A stretch of DNA of 64,000 nucleotides from Glaucostegus cemiculus (lineage: Eukaryota), in NCBI GenBank assembly GCA_976551045.1, contig CDPCPM010000107.1, forward strand, positions 4,898,001-4,962,000, in the 5' to 3' direction. Position 1 is the first letter of the stretch; each line of letters begins with the position of its first letter. The position numbers and the translations under genes are program-made. Under the pieces are notes generated by a model that saw nothing but the letters and a program-made list of their open reading frames with translations, ran no database searches and was not told the DNA's origin. Below are positions 1-12,174 of this stretch, in pieces.

Positions 1-620
1 TGCAGAATACAATAATGAGCAATGGTCCTAGGACCTACTGACCTCTGGGGAACTCCGTTGTACCCTTCCATCCAGTCAAAAACAATCTCTCACTACTATT
101 CTATCCATGTTCCTACAGCCCCTTTTATTTAATGGCCTTCAATCTTGATGACATCTATCAAGAGGCACTTTAACAAATGATTTTTTGTTGATCTATATAT
201 TCTACATCAAATGCTTTTCCTCAGCAATGAGTTAGATAAATGTGGTTTGCCTTTAACAAATATGTGCTGGCTTTATCTAATCATTTTGCTTTTGCCCAAG
301 TGACTGTGAACTCCCTCCCCGGTTATTCTTCTCAGAACTCACCCCAGCATTGAGGTTAAACTAACTGGTCTTTAATCACTGAGTTTACTCCTCTACCCCC
401 TTTTGAACAGGAGTACAGCATTTGCAGGTTTTCTAGTCCTTAACCACCATCCCTGAATCTGTAAATGTTTGTAAGAATGTGAACCAGGTCCTCTGCATTT
501 TCATTCCTTACTACCCTCAGCAACCCAGGATGTATCCATTCACACCCGGCATTGTATCCACTCCAAGTGCAGTTGGCTTCTCTAGTACCTCATCTATCAA
601 TTCTTAGGCCATCCAGAATT
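1..620 (-). mobile_element. Old, degenerate CR1-clade LINE ORF2 (RT) fragment
   Basis: Minus strand gives degenerate CR1 RT motifs: RPVSLTSML near 340-380 and GVPQRSVGP near 20-60. No intact ORF. Confidence 0.7.
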
Positions 621-2639
621 ACTACCATATCTTGCTGAGACTCCCGCAGCAATGGTCTAACAGACCTGATGGTCTAAATGGCCATATACTGTTCCTAACC
701 CATCTGTATGTAGGTATGTAAAATGTAACATCCTCACTGATGTGGGAATCTCTGGTCAGTGACCAGGGATTCAGTTGGAGAATCTAGGAAGACACTGAGA
801 ATGGTGTCTCTTCATTGGGAGCATGCAGAAGCCCAAATACAACAGAGGGAGTGCATCGCATCTTATACTACCCACCAAATCACCTCCTGCCTCCTACCCC
901 ACTAAAGGCAGGGTCTGTAAGTCTCATGTTGGCTTTATCAGCCACGTCAGTGCTAAGAGAACTGGAGTGGAAACAAGTCATCTTGAATGCCTAAGAAGAA
1001 AGAAATTCCCTAATCCTGAGAACTGTAAATTCCTATATGTATATTTAGAGCTGAAGTGGAAGCTTTCTGAACACTTAAAGAGTTGAGGGATATCAAGATG
1101 GAGATGGGGAGGTAAGTGGAGTCCCTGAGGTAAAAGATCAACCCCACTCAAAATAAATGGCTAAAGATCCTTATGGTCTGTACATGGTTTTGTTTCTTCT
1201 GTTCTGATGAAACAGCCATGGTTTGGCTCCCAGTTCCAGCACTAGAGAATGTGGATATCAGCCAAGGGTAGCTTGCTATAATCCACAACTGTAAAGTTAT
1301 ATAACTGTTACTTAATACTTTGCAAACAGACATGTGTCCAGTTAGTTATTGAGTCTTACCAAGTTTTCATTCACAGGCTGTTCCTGATGTTGACCAAACG
1401 GTGTGAAAATATTCTAACTTCTAATTTTATGTTAAAAAATTTGGTTAAAATAAAATAAATTATATGAATCCATTTAATAAGTATACAATGTGAGCTCATC
1501 TTAAAGGATTGTTCACAAAGGATTGCATTCCATATTTTAGCTTTCTACCTTCATTAAATCAATCATTTATCAGTAATTTCAGCCTGCATATTATGCTTGG
1601 CCTTGATTTTACAGCTCATAACATAGCTTTTGTGTCAGATTTTATAAGATGACTTTGTCTGCCTTGCTGATTAATGTGCTCTGTAAGTTCATCGTTTGGT
1701 TATTCTTAGAGCATGTTGGTTTTAAAACTCCGCTGTACTCTGTAAAGATGGAAGTGCAAAGGGAAGAGGATGGAGAGCTTCTTGGGCCCCACAGGTCTCT
1801 GAAAGATACTGTGGCCATTTGACAATCATGGAAGAACTAGTGAAAATGGAAAAGGTTCATGTTAAGTAATTTCACTTGGACAGTAGAAGCCTAATACAGT
1901 GGCTGTATTTAAATAGATTTATTGTCCAATACTAAATAGGGTTTGGGCCATAATTCCATTTAGAAATTACTTTGTATCCAAATTGTAAATAAATCAGAGT
2001 TGAAAATTGTCATTGGCCGTGTCATTAAAATCCAAGTAACCAATATTTAAGATCTAGAATCCCCCTTATAAGACTTTCTTATTGTTGAGTTACTCTGTTC
2101 CATTGGAAAAATGAAATGCATATATTATTGGTTCCAATTTTTTTTTCTTTCAACAGTTACGGTTTTGTCTTGATAGTCCAGTCCTTTGCTGTGGTAAATT
2201 TGTGATGTTTATAAAAGTCCTCAACACTTATTGTTTTGTAGATTGACATTTAGTTGGCAAAGAGGTCTTATTTGTAGAACTTTAGTGTTGGTGGACCTAA
2301 ATTACTGAATCATATAATATTCCTCTTTGTTTTAAATATTATTGACATAAAAAAACTCAATAAATACCACTAGCAAGAATGAATAGACTATTCTAACTGT
2401 GTTAGAACATTAATAATAGAATGAATGCAGCTTCTATCCTTCTGCTAGAAATAGAAATGTTATAGGATACCTGATCAACCATGTACTGAAAGAAAGAAGT
2501 CCAATGGTAATTGTGCAAGTCAAATACAAAGATCTATATATTTATGAATTTATCTGCTGATCTTCAGGACATTCTAATATGCTTATCAGCCAATAAAGTA
2601 CATTTGAAGTGTAGTCAATTCACTTGATTTGATTCACAA

Positions 2640-3590
2640 CGGTTGAAATGTAGACAATTCCTCTGGATCAAAGATGACTTGTTTCCACTCCAGTTCAATG
2701 GATTTATAGGCCAATGTGGAAAGCGCAAACTCTTCCAGAGACTTGCAGGAGGTAACCGAAAGGATAGGTGAGTGGGGAGTTTGCACGTTGGTGCACTCCA
2801 TCTGCCATTTATGTGGGGCTTCTTTGTTCTCCTGTTGTATGGACTAAAGGTTCTCAATCCCATCTGGAAATGCCCCTTCACCACTTTGAGCCGTCAAGTG
2901 CTGGAGGTACCCAGGAGTGAGTGGGAATGTTGCATTTCTTCAAGCAGACTTTGAGCATGCCCTTGAATCTTTTCCTCAGACACCTGGTAATCTCGTCCAA
3001 TAATATCATGAAGACATTGTTTCAGAGGTCTGTTGTCAGGCATGGGAATGATGTGACTGCCCAATGGAGCGTAATTAAGACCTTGGTGTTGTGACTAGCA
3101 CATTAATGATGGCATTTTTTTTATTGATGTGTGCCTTTGCTGAGAGGTGGCTCTGGAAATGTGGTAAGTTCATCATGTTTTCCAAGGTCTTTCCATTAAC
3201 CTTTATTATCAGATGGCAGTGTTGTGCAGCAGAGACCAATCAGTAGAAAACTGCTGTCATGTGGAAGTTGATCGCAAAGCCTGTCATCTACTATGCTTCA
3301 GTGACCATGAAAGCAGTGAGAGGTGAGCCTCTGAATGTGTGCAATCACAAGTGTTATTTGTGTACTGCAGCCTGACTACTGAGGTTTAGGTGATCTTGGT
3401 TCAATAGCACATGGTCCATAGATTGAATGATAGCATCAGTCCAGCAGGAAGCTTTTGGAGGTAAGATGCAGCACAGCAGCAAGAAAGATTGAGACAAGTG
3501 TTGGAGCAATGATGTAGCTGTCTGTAACAATTGTCTTCGTGGAGGCTGGCTCTGTGCAGACTCATTGTTTCAGGTCATGTCTTGCATTAA
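2640..3590 (-). mobile_element. Degenerate RTE-clade LINE 3' fragment
   Basis: Minus strand gives IAPTLVSIFLAAVLHLT-like RT motif (3460-3530) and KRFKGMLK C-terminal motif (2950-2975). The 3' end 'gatgacttgtttccactc' recurs at about 41860. Confidence 0.7.
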
Positions 3591-3934
3591 GAAAATAAGA
3601 GGGAGACAAATGCTGCATTGTAGAAAAGGTATCACTCTGTTAGGATGCATCAAGTTCCCATTAAAAGCAATGTATTAATAACTTGATAACCTCGCCAAGA
3701 AATTTATCGTCACATCAGGAGAGTTGAAAGAGTAATGAACAATGATTCTCATAGAAACAAACTTTTGAAGCTGAATACAATGCTACAACTTGAATTTAAT
3801 ACCACAAATCAGAAGTCACATTTCCCTTCTGTTTCTGGTGATTAAGGGTTCAGAATTAGCCAGAACACACAAGACATCTCCCCTTCTCTTGTTCAAAATA
3901 ATGCCATTTGACCTCCTACCTCAGATAGAGAGAA

Positions 3935-4070
3935 CAAAGAAAAGGCACAAGAGAATGCCAATGCTGGAATCTACAGCAACAAAAAAATCTGCTGGAGGAA
4001 CTCAGCAGGTTGAGCTGCATCCATGGGGGGAAAAATGTTGTCTGTTTCAGATTGAGACTATGCATCAGAA
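3935..4070 (-). mobile_element. Penelope-like element terminal (pLTR) fragment
   Basis: 'tgctggaggaactcagcagg' block shared with the GIY-YIG-bearing copy at 8667-9310; degenerate hammerhead core. Confidence 0.65.
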
Positions 4071-4524
4071 CAAAAAAGCTTAACATATCATCCAAAAGAT
4101 ATTACCTCTAATGTATCATGCCCTTGGTACTGAGAAGCAATGGCTTCCTTTGTTTTATACCAGGAACATCAGAACGATTGTTCCTGGTTCATATTTATGC
4201 ATTGGATAATTAGGCTGTATTCTGTAAACTTAACTCGCTGGAGTGCAAATTTGAATCTGCAACTTTCTGACTGAAGTCAAAACTGTGAGTCAGTTTTGAT
4301 CCTGCCTAGCATCATTCATTCTTCTGATATTTTCCACACAAAAGAATCCCAGCGATAGAAATTTTCCTTCTGTTGTGTGTGTGCTCATTGCACAATGTAG
4401 TAACAGATGGATGTTGAATTCTGTTTTCAAAATCACTGGAAACAAATTTCAGAAGTGATGTTCAAAGTGCATATGTTACTCTATCACTTAAATATGACAG
4501 AAGACACATTTGTACTCCATAGTT

Positions 4525-4810
4525 TTAAGAGATCTTTATTAGTTACATGTACATCAAAACACAGTGACGTGCATCTTTTGCATAGTGTTCTGGGGGCAGC
4601 CTGCAAGTGTCGCCACATTTCTGGCACCAAAATAACATGCCCACATCTTCCTAGCATGTACGTCTTTAGAACGTGGGAGGAAACCAGAGCACCCAGAGGA
4701 AACCCATGCAGACACAGGGAGAACAGACAAACTCCTTACAGTCAACAGCAGGAATTGAACCCAAGTCGCTGGCGCTGTAATAACGTTATGCTAACTGCTA
4801 CACTACTGGC
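4525..4810 (-). mobile_element. tRNA-derived V-SINE, Rex1-like-tail subfamily
   Basis: Minus strand has A/B boxes (tagtgtagcagttag; ggttcaattcc), V-domain 'tgggtttcctctgggtgctctggtttcctcccac' and tail 'gtacatgtaactaataaag'. Confidence 0.85.
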
Positions 4811-6559
4811 TGCCAGGCCTCTATAGATTTGTGTCTAGAGTATTGGCAAAGAAGTTGCTTACCTTGTTTCATACCAGGAAGTCAGGATTGCTAATCCCGC
4901 TCCTCAGATTTATACATCAGCCCCAAAGCAACACATACTTGAGACTTTACCCACGATGTACCCTGCCTGAGAAACATTCTCCCAGAAGTGCTGTCTGAAA
5001 ACCCATTTCTCACATACATAAATTCAAATCTAGTTAACTCTTGGTCATTGCTGGAGCTATTAAAACATGTAAAATCTCAGCTTTGCCCACTGCTATCCGA
5101 GTGATTGTTGTCCAGCTCCTTTAAGTATTCAGCAGTCTCCAAAGTCAGAGTGGTAAGGCATTTACTTGGTTACATTTGACAATAGCTCCACCCATTGTAT
5201 TGTGAAATTTATAGGATTTTTGTTTAATCTAGCCGATTGAATTAAGTTAGATCCCAGTTGATTTGGAATAAAATGTTTACATGGCACCTTTTCTCTGGAC
5301 TGTTACATGTAACAGATGGTACCAAATAACACAGGGCTGTCTTGTACTGCATGGGAGAAACCAGTTGGGATTCAAATCAAGCCATTTACATGAGCCTGGC
5401 TTAAATCTGCCATTTTACAACAGCCTGGTTTGAATCAATTTACTCCACTGCCAGTTTTGAGTTGGCATCAGGCAGTTGGTGTCTACGTTCTGAGCCAATG
5501 TAGTAGCAAACATTTACATGGCACATTTAGAACAGCTGTAAACTGAAAGCAAACCTAAACGGACATCTGTTGTGTAAATGGAATATAAGATACCTGAACT
5601 GCTCAATAGATTATTAATCAGGAAGCATCCATGACATGGCTGTGGATTTCTAAGAAGCAAGTTCACGAGTTGGACTGTGTTGTCGGGGCAGAGTGCCAAT
5701 CAGATGCCAGCTGCTCCAGAAAAACAAGCAGTGAAGACACTTCTGGCTACTCTCATGACAACTAGTGCCCAATTATAAAGCAGTGCAATTACCAGAGACT
5801 TGAAGTGAGATACTCTCCTGGTTACTTGACCACAATAAGTTGCATTGTATGGGGAAGTTGTTCCACAGTCATAGGAAGGGAGGAAGTTTAGCTTTTTTTT
5901 ATTGATCCACATAAGGTAATAGAGGGCCAAAGAATGGTTTGTCACAGTGATGACACTGAACATATTCACTGTTGCGATGTGAGGTGCATAATCATGCTGG
6001 AGTATGAGGTGCTGCAACATGGTATCAGAGGTGCAGTCCTGTAAAAGCCAACTCAAGAGCTTCAAACAATTTAGATCTAATCACAAAACACTCTTCCCAA
6101 GCCCTAGTTTTACAGCACTAATTAATTGTTATCACTTCATCGACACAGGAGGTGGCACAGTCAACTCTGCTCACAGGCTCTTCCTGATGCCTGAGATTGG
6201 AACCTCTGTGCATGGGGAATTGCTGGTCTGATTCTACAACCTGTCCCTTCCTGCTGCACGCGTTATTTTCTAATGCAAACAAGGAAAAACCCATTTATGT
6301 TTCTTCAGTTCATAACCCACCAACATGCAAAATATTCTGCTTTCTTTACATTTGTTTCAACAGGAGAGGAAAGCATCCACTATTTGTAGGTGTTTGATAA
6401 TCAACATTGGAATGGCAATTCTGATGGAGGTTCACACTAAAGCAACTCAACCCTGTATTTCCTTCTTATCTGTTGCTTTAAGTTGGAGTAAAGAAACAAT
6501 GTTTGCATTTATGTGCCACTTTTCATAATCTTAAAGCTCAGCTACAGTTCAAGTACTTT

Positions 6560-7165
6560 TAGAATCATAGAATCATGCAGCACAGGAATGGGCCTTTTTG
6601 GTCACTTTGACCAGGCCGACCACAATGTCTAATCCCACTTGTCCACATTATGCCCATGTCCTTCTGTGCCCTTCCTATCCAAGTACCTGTCCAAATGCCT
6701 TTTAAACATTGTAATTCTATCTGCCTCCCCCACTTCTTCTGGCAGCTCGTTGAAGATATTCATCACCCTCTGTGTGAAAAAAAACTTGCCCCTCAGATCT
6801 TCTTTAAGTTTCTCCCCTGTCAACTTAAACCTGTGACTTCTAGTTCTAAGCTCCCATGCTCCAATGAAAAGATTCTGTCTATCTACACCCCTTATCATTT
6901 TATAAAGCTCTATAAGGTCATCCCTCAGCCTCCTATGTTCCAGTGAGAACAATGTGGGAGGCTGAGGGGTGAATTTATAATCTCTCCCACAGGTCTCCAT
7001 TCCAGACAACATCTTGGTGAATCTCTTCTGCACTCTCACTATTACCACCACATCCTTCCAGTAGTGTGGTGATCAAAACTGTGTACAATATTCCAAATGT
7101 GGTCTGACCAATGTTTTGTACAGCTGCAAATGTGACATCCCAACTCTTACACTCAATATTTTTGA
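6560..7165 (-). mobile_element. CR1 LINE 3' fragment
   Basis: ORF 6629-7051 has RVQKRFTKML...LEHRRLRDDLIELYK...FFTQRV, typical CR1 ORF2 C-terminus; 'tagaatca' repeat at the 3' end. Confidence 0.9.
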
Positions 7166-7169
7166 CATG

Positions 7170-7290
7170 TTCTTACCTCTGCTTAGTAATCTTGGAAAAC
7201 ATAGCAGTCAATTTTCAGCCACCAAGGTCCCACAGACAGTCATGTGCTAATGATAAGAAAGTGTTTCCAGTGGATAATTTTCCTGCTTTT
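7170..7290 (-). mobile_element. Deu-domain SINE-like fragment abutting the CR1 5' end
   Basis: 'gtaatcttggaaaacatagcagtcaattt...aaggtcccaca' resembles related blocks at 48270-48330 and 49200-49270. Family assignment from memory of AmnSINE1/SacSINE1-type consensus. Confidence 0.45.
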
Positions 7291-7314
7291 AAATATTACC
7301 CTGATGGTAAGTGG

Positions 7315-7690
7315 TTATTGGTTTGTTAGCTTCACATGTACCAAGGTACAGTGAAAAACTGTTTTGCATGTCATCCACACAGATTGTTTCACCACATTAG
7401 TATATTGAGGTAGTACAAGGGAAAAGCAATAACAGAATCCAGAATGTAGTGTTACAGTTACAGAGAAAGTGCAGTGCAGGCAGACAATAAGGTGCAAGGC
7501 CATAATGAGGTAAAATGTGAGGTTAAGAGTCCATCTTATTGTACAGGAGGTCTATTCAGTAGGCTTAATAACAGCAGCATAGAAGCTGCTGTTGAGCCTG
7601 GTGGTATGTGCCTCCAGGCTTTTTTATCTTCAGCCCATTGGCAGGGGGGGAAAGAGAGAATATCCTGGATGGGTGGAGAATTTGATTATG
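7315..7690 (-). mobile_element. Rex1/Babar-clade LINE 3' fragment
   Basis: Same 3' UTR as 16810-17030 (ctgcactgcactttctctgtaactgtaacact...ttttcactgtacc); degenerate C-terminal coding on the minus strand. Confidence 0.8.
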
Positions 7691-7879
7691 TCCGAGGGAA
7701 CAAGAAGAGTGGACAGAGTCCACGGACTGGGGGGAGGCTTGACCTTTTATGTAAAGTACCTTTTAGATGTGCTTTATTTAATCTCTCATCTGAGAAATGG
7801 ATCCCTCATGGGCACCAAGATTATGTGGTCATTCTATGGTCATTATATGGATACCTGGTGAGATATCCATAAGAAGACC

Positions 7880-8170
7880 AGGTCAACTTGGGAGAAAGAA
7901 TGGTCAGGCACAAGAGGCCAGGGATGGAGGAATTCAGAGTTCTCAGTGAGCATCTATTGCTGGAGGAGGTTACAGAGGCTGGGAGCTGGGTGAGATGAGG
8001 GTGAGGGTAGCAGTTGGTGGATCATATGGTGATATTAACTGTGTGTGAACATTGCTTCAGTGTCTGAGAAGACGGGTTTAATGGGTGAGCTGGACTTGCT
8101 ATAGGTTAGGATTAAGGCAGCAAAGAATTGAGAGTGCTGGGACAATTGGAGAGGAGGAAGAGGCTCAAGT
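7880..8170 (-). mobile_element. Degenerate L2-like LINE fragment
   Basis: Purine-rich blocks such as 'ggaggaggttacagagg' typical of the L2 ORF2 antisense strand; no ORF. Confidence 0.4.
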
Positions 8171-8369
8171 AAAAATAATACTCTAACAAATTATTTCAAA
8201 GCCTTTTCTTTGAGGTAAGTCATCAACAACAGAGGGGTGAGAGCCCTGGCTGGCAGTGCTGGGGAAATAATGAACAGTTCAGGCCACTGGCTTTTCAAAT
8301 GAGGCACTAGATAATATTCCTGTCATTTCCCTCAGATGAATTCCATAGAAGTGGAGTTACAGTCAACAC

Positions 8370-9390
8370 TAGAAGTACAGATGCCAGAGTCACACTCCAC
8401 AGAAACAGGCCCTTTGGCCCAACAAGTCCGAACCAACCACAACCACCTATATACATTAAACCTACATAGATCTCATTATCTTTAATGCCCCACATTCTCA
8501 TCAACACCACCCCCTCCAGATTCTGACACCCACCTACACACTATGAGCAACTTACAGTGGACAATTAACCTACCAACCCATACAATGTTAAGATGTGGGA
8601 GGAAACCAGAGCACTTGGAGGAAAACCATGTGGTCGCAGGGAAATTTCACACAGGCAGTACCCAAGCAATACAAAAAAAGTGCTGGAGGAACTCAGCAGG
8701 TCAGGCAGCATCCATGGAGGAAAATAAATAGTCGATGTTATGGGCTGAAGCCCTTCATCAGGACTGGAAAGGAAGAAGGCAGAAGCCGGAATAAGGTGGG
8801 GGGAGGGGGAGAAGTCCAGGTAAGAGGGGGAACATAGGTGGTTGGGGGAGGAGGCAGATGTAATAAGCTCAGCGGTGATAGGTAGAAGAGACAAAGGGAT
8901 GAAGAAGAAGGAATCCAGTAGGAGAGGGCAGTGGACCATGGAGGAGGGGAGGGAAGGAGATGGGCAGGTCATCAAGGTGGTGGAAGGGAGCCACAGGAAT
9001 AAGGGAAGACAAAGCCATTGGGGTGGGGGGAAGAAAAAGTGGAGGTGGGGTTACCAGAAGTTAGAGAAATCTGTGTTAAAACCATCAGGTCAGATACTCC
9101 CAAGGCAGAATATGAGGGGTTGTTCCTCCAACATGAGTTTGGCCTCAATGTGGCAGTAGAGGAGGCCACAGATTGACGTGTCAGTATGTGAGTGGGATGT
9201 GGAATTGAAGTGGGTGGCCACTGAGAGGTCCTGCCCATTACAGCGGATGGAGCGAAGGTGCTCGATGAAGCAGTCACCCAATCTACAGTGGGTCTCACCG
9301 ATGTACAGGGGTACCCAAGGACAGGATTGACCCTGAGTCTCTGGTGCTGAGAGGCAGTAGCTTTACCAGTTGCCTCACTGTGCCACCAGC
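8370..9390 (-). mobile_element. HE1-like V-SINE (CR1-type tail) split by a Penelope insertion
   Basis: Tail and V-domain at 8370-8666, tRNA head at 9311-9390. The 9-bp direct repeat gtacccaag (8658-8666, 9311-9319) flanks the insert. Confidence 0.8.
8667..9310 (-). mobile_element. Penelope-like element 3' end: GIY-YIG endonuclease remnant plus pLTR
   Basis: Minus strand reads YIGETHCRLGDCFIEHLRSI...SVATHFNSTSHSH...LEEQPLIFCLG (ORF 9090-9281); 9-bp TSD. Confidence 0.88.
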
Positions 9391-9784
9391 TCTCCCACTC
9401 TTAATATTATTGAATTTGTGTAAGTAGGATCTTGCTTTGTGCAAGTTATTTTAAACAAATTATGTTTGCCAAGAGCATGTCAGGTGTTCAGAGGTCATGA
9501 AACATGTGATTCAATTGTATTTTTTCCAAATGACATGAGTCAGTGTTTTGCTCTCAGCAGTGAGATGGCTGCAAGGTTTCTGTTGGCCATTTAAGAAAGG
9601 TGGCCACAAAACATCCAGTGGCCTGTGTGTAACAGACTTCCCCTTCCTTCCAGCAACCCTACGATCATCAAACTGGCTGAGCAGCCAATCACACTGGAGA
9701 GTTCTCGATGACAACTAAAAGGATCATGCTTAGTTAGAATTGAATGCACAGTCTGGAACATTTCATAAGTACAAAGTAAAGACT

Positions 9785-10060
9785 GATAAGATAAGATTTC
9801 TTTATTAGTCACATGCATCTTTGCATGGAATGTTCTGAGGGCAGCCCACAAGTGTCGCCACGCTTTTGGCGCCAACATAGCATGCCCACAATTTCCTAAC
9901 CCGTACGTCTTCAGAATGTGGGAGGAAACTGGAGCACTCGGGGGAAACCCACGCAGACACGGGGAGAACATACAAATTGCGTACAGACAGCGGCCAGAAT
10001 TGAACTCGGGTTGCTGGCACTGCAATAGTGTTATGCTAACCACTACACTACCGTGCCTGC
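9785..10060 (-). mobile_element. V-SINE, Rex1-like-tail subfamily
   Basis: Full head 'ggcaggcacggtagtgtagtggttag', V-domain, tail 'catgtgactaataaagaaatcttatcttatc'. Confidence 0.88.
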
Positions 10061-10334
10061 CTGAATAGATAATAATTAACACTGAGGTTTTATAAAACCC
10101 AAGTTTAATGTTAAAAATCCATTGTATTTGGGGACATTTATTCAAGAGTACAGTCCATGCATTTGAAGTTGGTTTTCAAGGCATTTCACAGCATGAATAG
10201 TTGATGAATATACTTGTTTAGGCCTATCCTGGGATGCTTAGAGCAGAAATCACAAGTAGCAACTTCTGCATTCCCAAATATGTTATCAATTTCATCCTGT
10301 AATCATGGCAGAAAATGGCAATGAATACAAGAGG

Positions 10335-10452
10335 GAGACACAAGAGACAACTTGGAGCAACAAACAAGATGCTGGAGGAACTCAAGAGATCAGGCAGCAT
10401 CTGTGGAGGGAAATGGACAGTCGATATTTCAGGTCAAGATCCTTCACCTGGA
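10335..10452 (-). mobile_element. Penelope pLTR fragment
   Basis: 'gatgctggaggaactca...ggcagcatctgtggagg' block with a degenerate hammerhead. Confidence 0.7.
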
Positions 10453-10454
10453 TT

Positions 10455-10670
10455 CTCTCTACAGGCCTCCATTCCAGGCAATATCCTGGTGAATCTCATT
10501 ACTACCACATCCTTGTTGTGTGGTGATCAAAACTGTACACTGTACTCCAAATGTGGTCTGATTAATGTTTTGTACAGCTCTCATACTCACTACTTTTGAC
10601 ATGTTCTCACTGCTGTTCAGTAATGTTGGAAAACATAGTAGTCAATTTTCAGCCAACAAAGTCCCACAGT
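10455..10670 (-). mobile_element. CR1 fragment plus Deu-SINE-like flank, second copy of 6985-7235
   Basis: Colinear with 6985-7235, including the junction 'ttttgacatgttct'. Confidence 0.7.
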
Positions 10671-10671
10671 C

Positions 10672-10792
10672 GTGAGAAACACAGAAGGCCGCAGTTGCTG
10701 GAATCTGGAGCAACATACAAGGTGCTGGAGGAACTCAGCTGGGAAGGCAGCATCTGTGAAGTCGACGTTTCGGGTCGAGACCCCTCATCTGG
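10672..10792 (-). mobile_element. Penelope pLTR fragment with a near-intact hammerhead motif
   Basis: Minus strand of 10761-10791 reads CAGATGA-G-GGGTC-TC-GACCC-GAAAC-GTC-GAC, one change from the CTGATGA core. Confidence 0.75.
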
Positions 10793-12159
10793 TTTTCCAG
10801 TGGAGATTTTTCCTGCTTCTAATGAGGACGTAATTAATACAAGCCGGCCTTATTTGTTTAATGTTTCAGCCTAGGAAACGAGAGGACTGAAGGACAGAAA
10901 CCATAACTTTGCTGTTGACCCCCTCAAACTCCAGGGGACTCTCTCCAAGTCCTCTTACTGATCTCCCACCGAACAATGCCACCGCTCAGCCATCATTGTC
11001 ACCGAGTGTCAGCATTTAGTATAATTGTACGGGGTGCGTACACTGCCGCATCTTTGTTCCGATAACCCTGCCAGGTCACGCTGTTTGCCGAGCTACAGAG
11101 GATTTGTTGACAAGTTCTACTTGAGCAAATTGTGTTTAGACAACAGTATATTCCATTCAGGTCGGCCGCACCGACTCGGCCAAGGTCAGTTTTTTTATTC
11201 TGTTGAAATCATAAAATGACACTTGAGATAAACAGAGTGTTTACTCTTTCCGTGTGAGCTGAAGCTGATATGTAAATTTATCCTTATTCTTTCGTCAAAT
11301 TTGCATTCGCCCTCTTAATCAAACATTGCGCGGCTCCAAATCAAACAACTTTTAATGACGGCCACCCAATTACGACCTGCCTGTCGTATCAGGAGAGGGA
11401 AACAGCAATTTAGATTTTAATGAAAAGCGCATGGTGAAGTAGCTATTGTCAGCCTGTTGAGCAATAATTGGATAAACTTTTGGTCGAAATAAATGTGTTT
11501 TGATGCTGTAGTTCCTGCTTGGCGATTACACTGCTCCTCTCCAGTTTGTTGTATTCATTTTATCTGCCTAAAACAGACCTTATTCACCTGCCGTATTCTG
11601 ACGTGACTGAAGCTCCCTCTATTAAACACGCTCCGGTATCTCCAGTCCGTGAAGTATCTGTTAAACTCATCGCCTTTTTAGACATATAGATCTTCAGCGA
11701 AAGCTGCAAAAACGCCTTTTGCAAGATGCCACATTTGCATTTAAATGGTTGTGCTTTTTTTTCCGGGGGGACTCCGTGATCTTGAAAGTAAGTTTCAGAA
11801 GATATACGGCTCTGGCATAATTCCAATGGAAATACCCTTTGCAAATAGACAATGGCGGGTTATAGATCTAATCACGACTCTGATCCCTTTCCCCCATACA
11901 ACACCTTTGCAAATCAGATTCCTCCCGCCCATTTCCATCACTGCTGCCTGGTCCTCCTATTGTTCTAAAGAGCAGCAGCAAATTAGCAGAGACCCGGTCG
12001 CTGTAAAGGAATCCTGAGTCTTGGAAACAGCAATAATAGGGATTGCCAAAATTCAAGAAGCTATACGTAGCAGCGCACCCCAAGTACAGAACCTGTACCA
12101 GGGAGCGGGCGGTGGCTGGAAGGGGGGAAAAGGGGGGGTGGCGGTGGGGAAGAGTTTAA

Positions 12160-12174
12160 TATATATATATATAT
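12160..12174. repeat. (TA)n microsatellite
   Basis: tatatatatatatat, directly after a G-run tract (12122-12150). Confidence 0.85.

Noticed and set aside
1190-1240. CTGATGA as a hammerhead or snoRNA box
   Set aside because: No stem II followed by GAAA, and no matching box pair.
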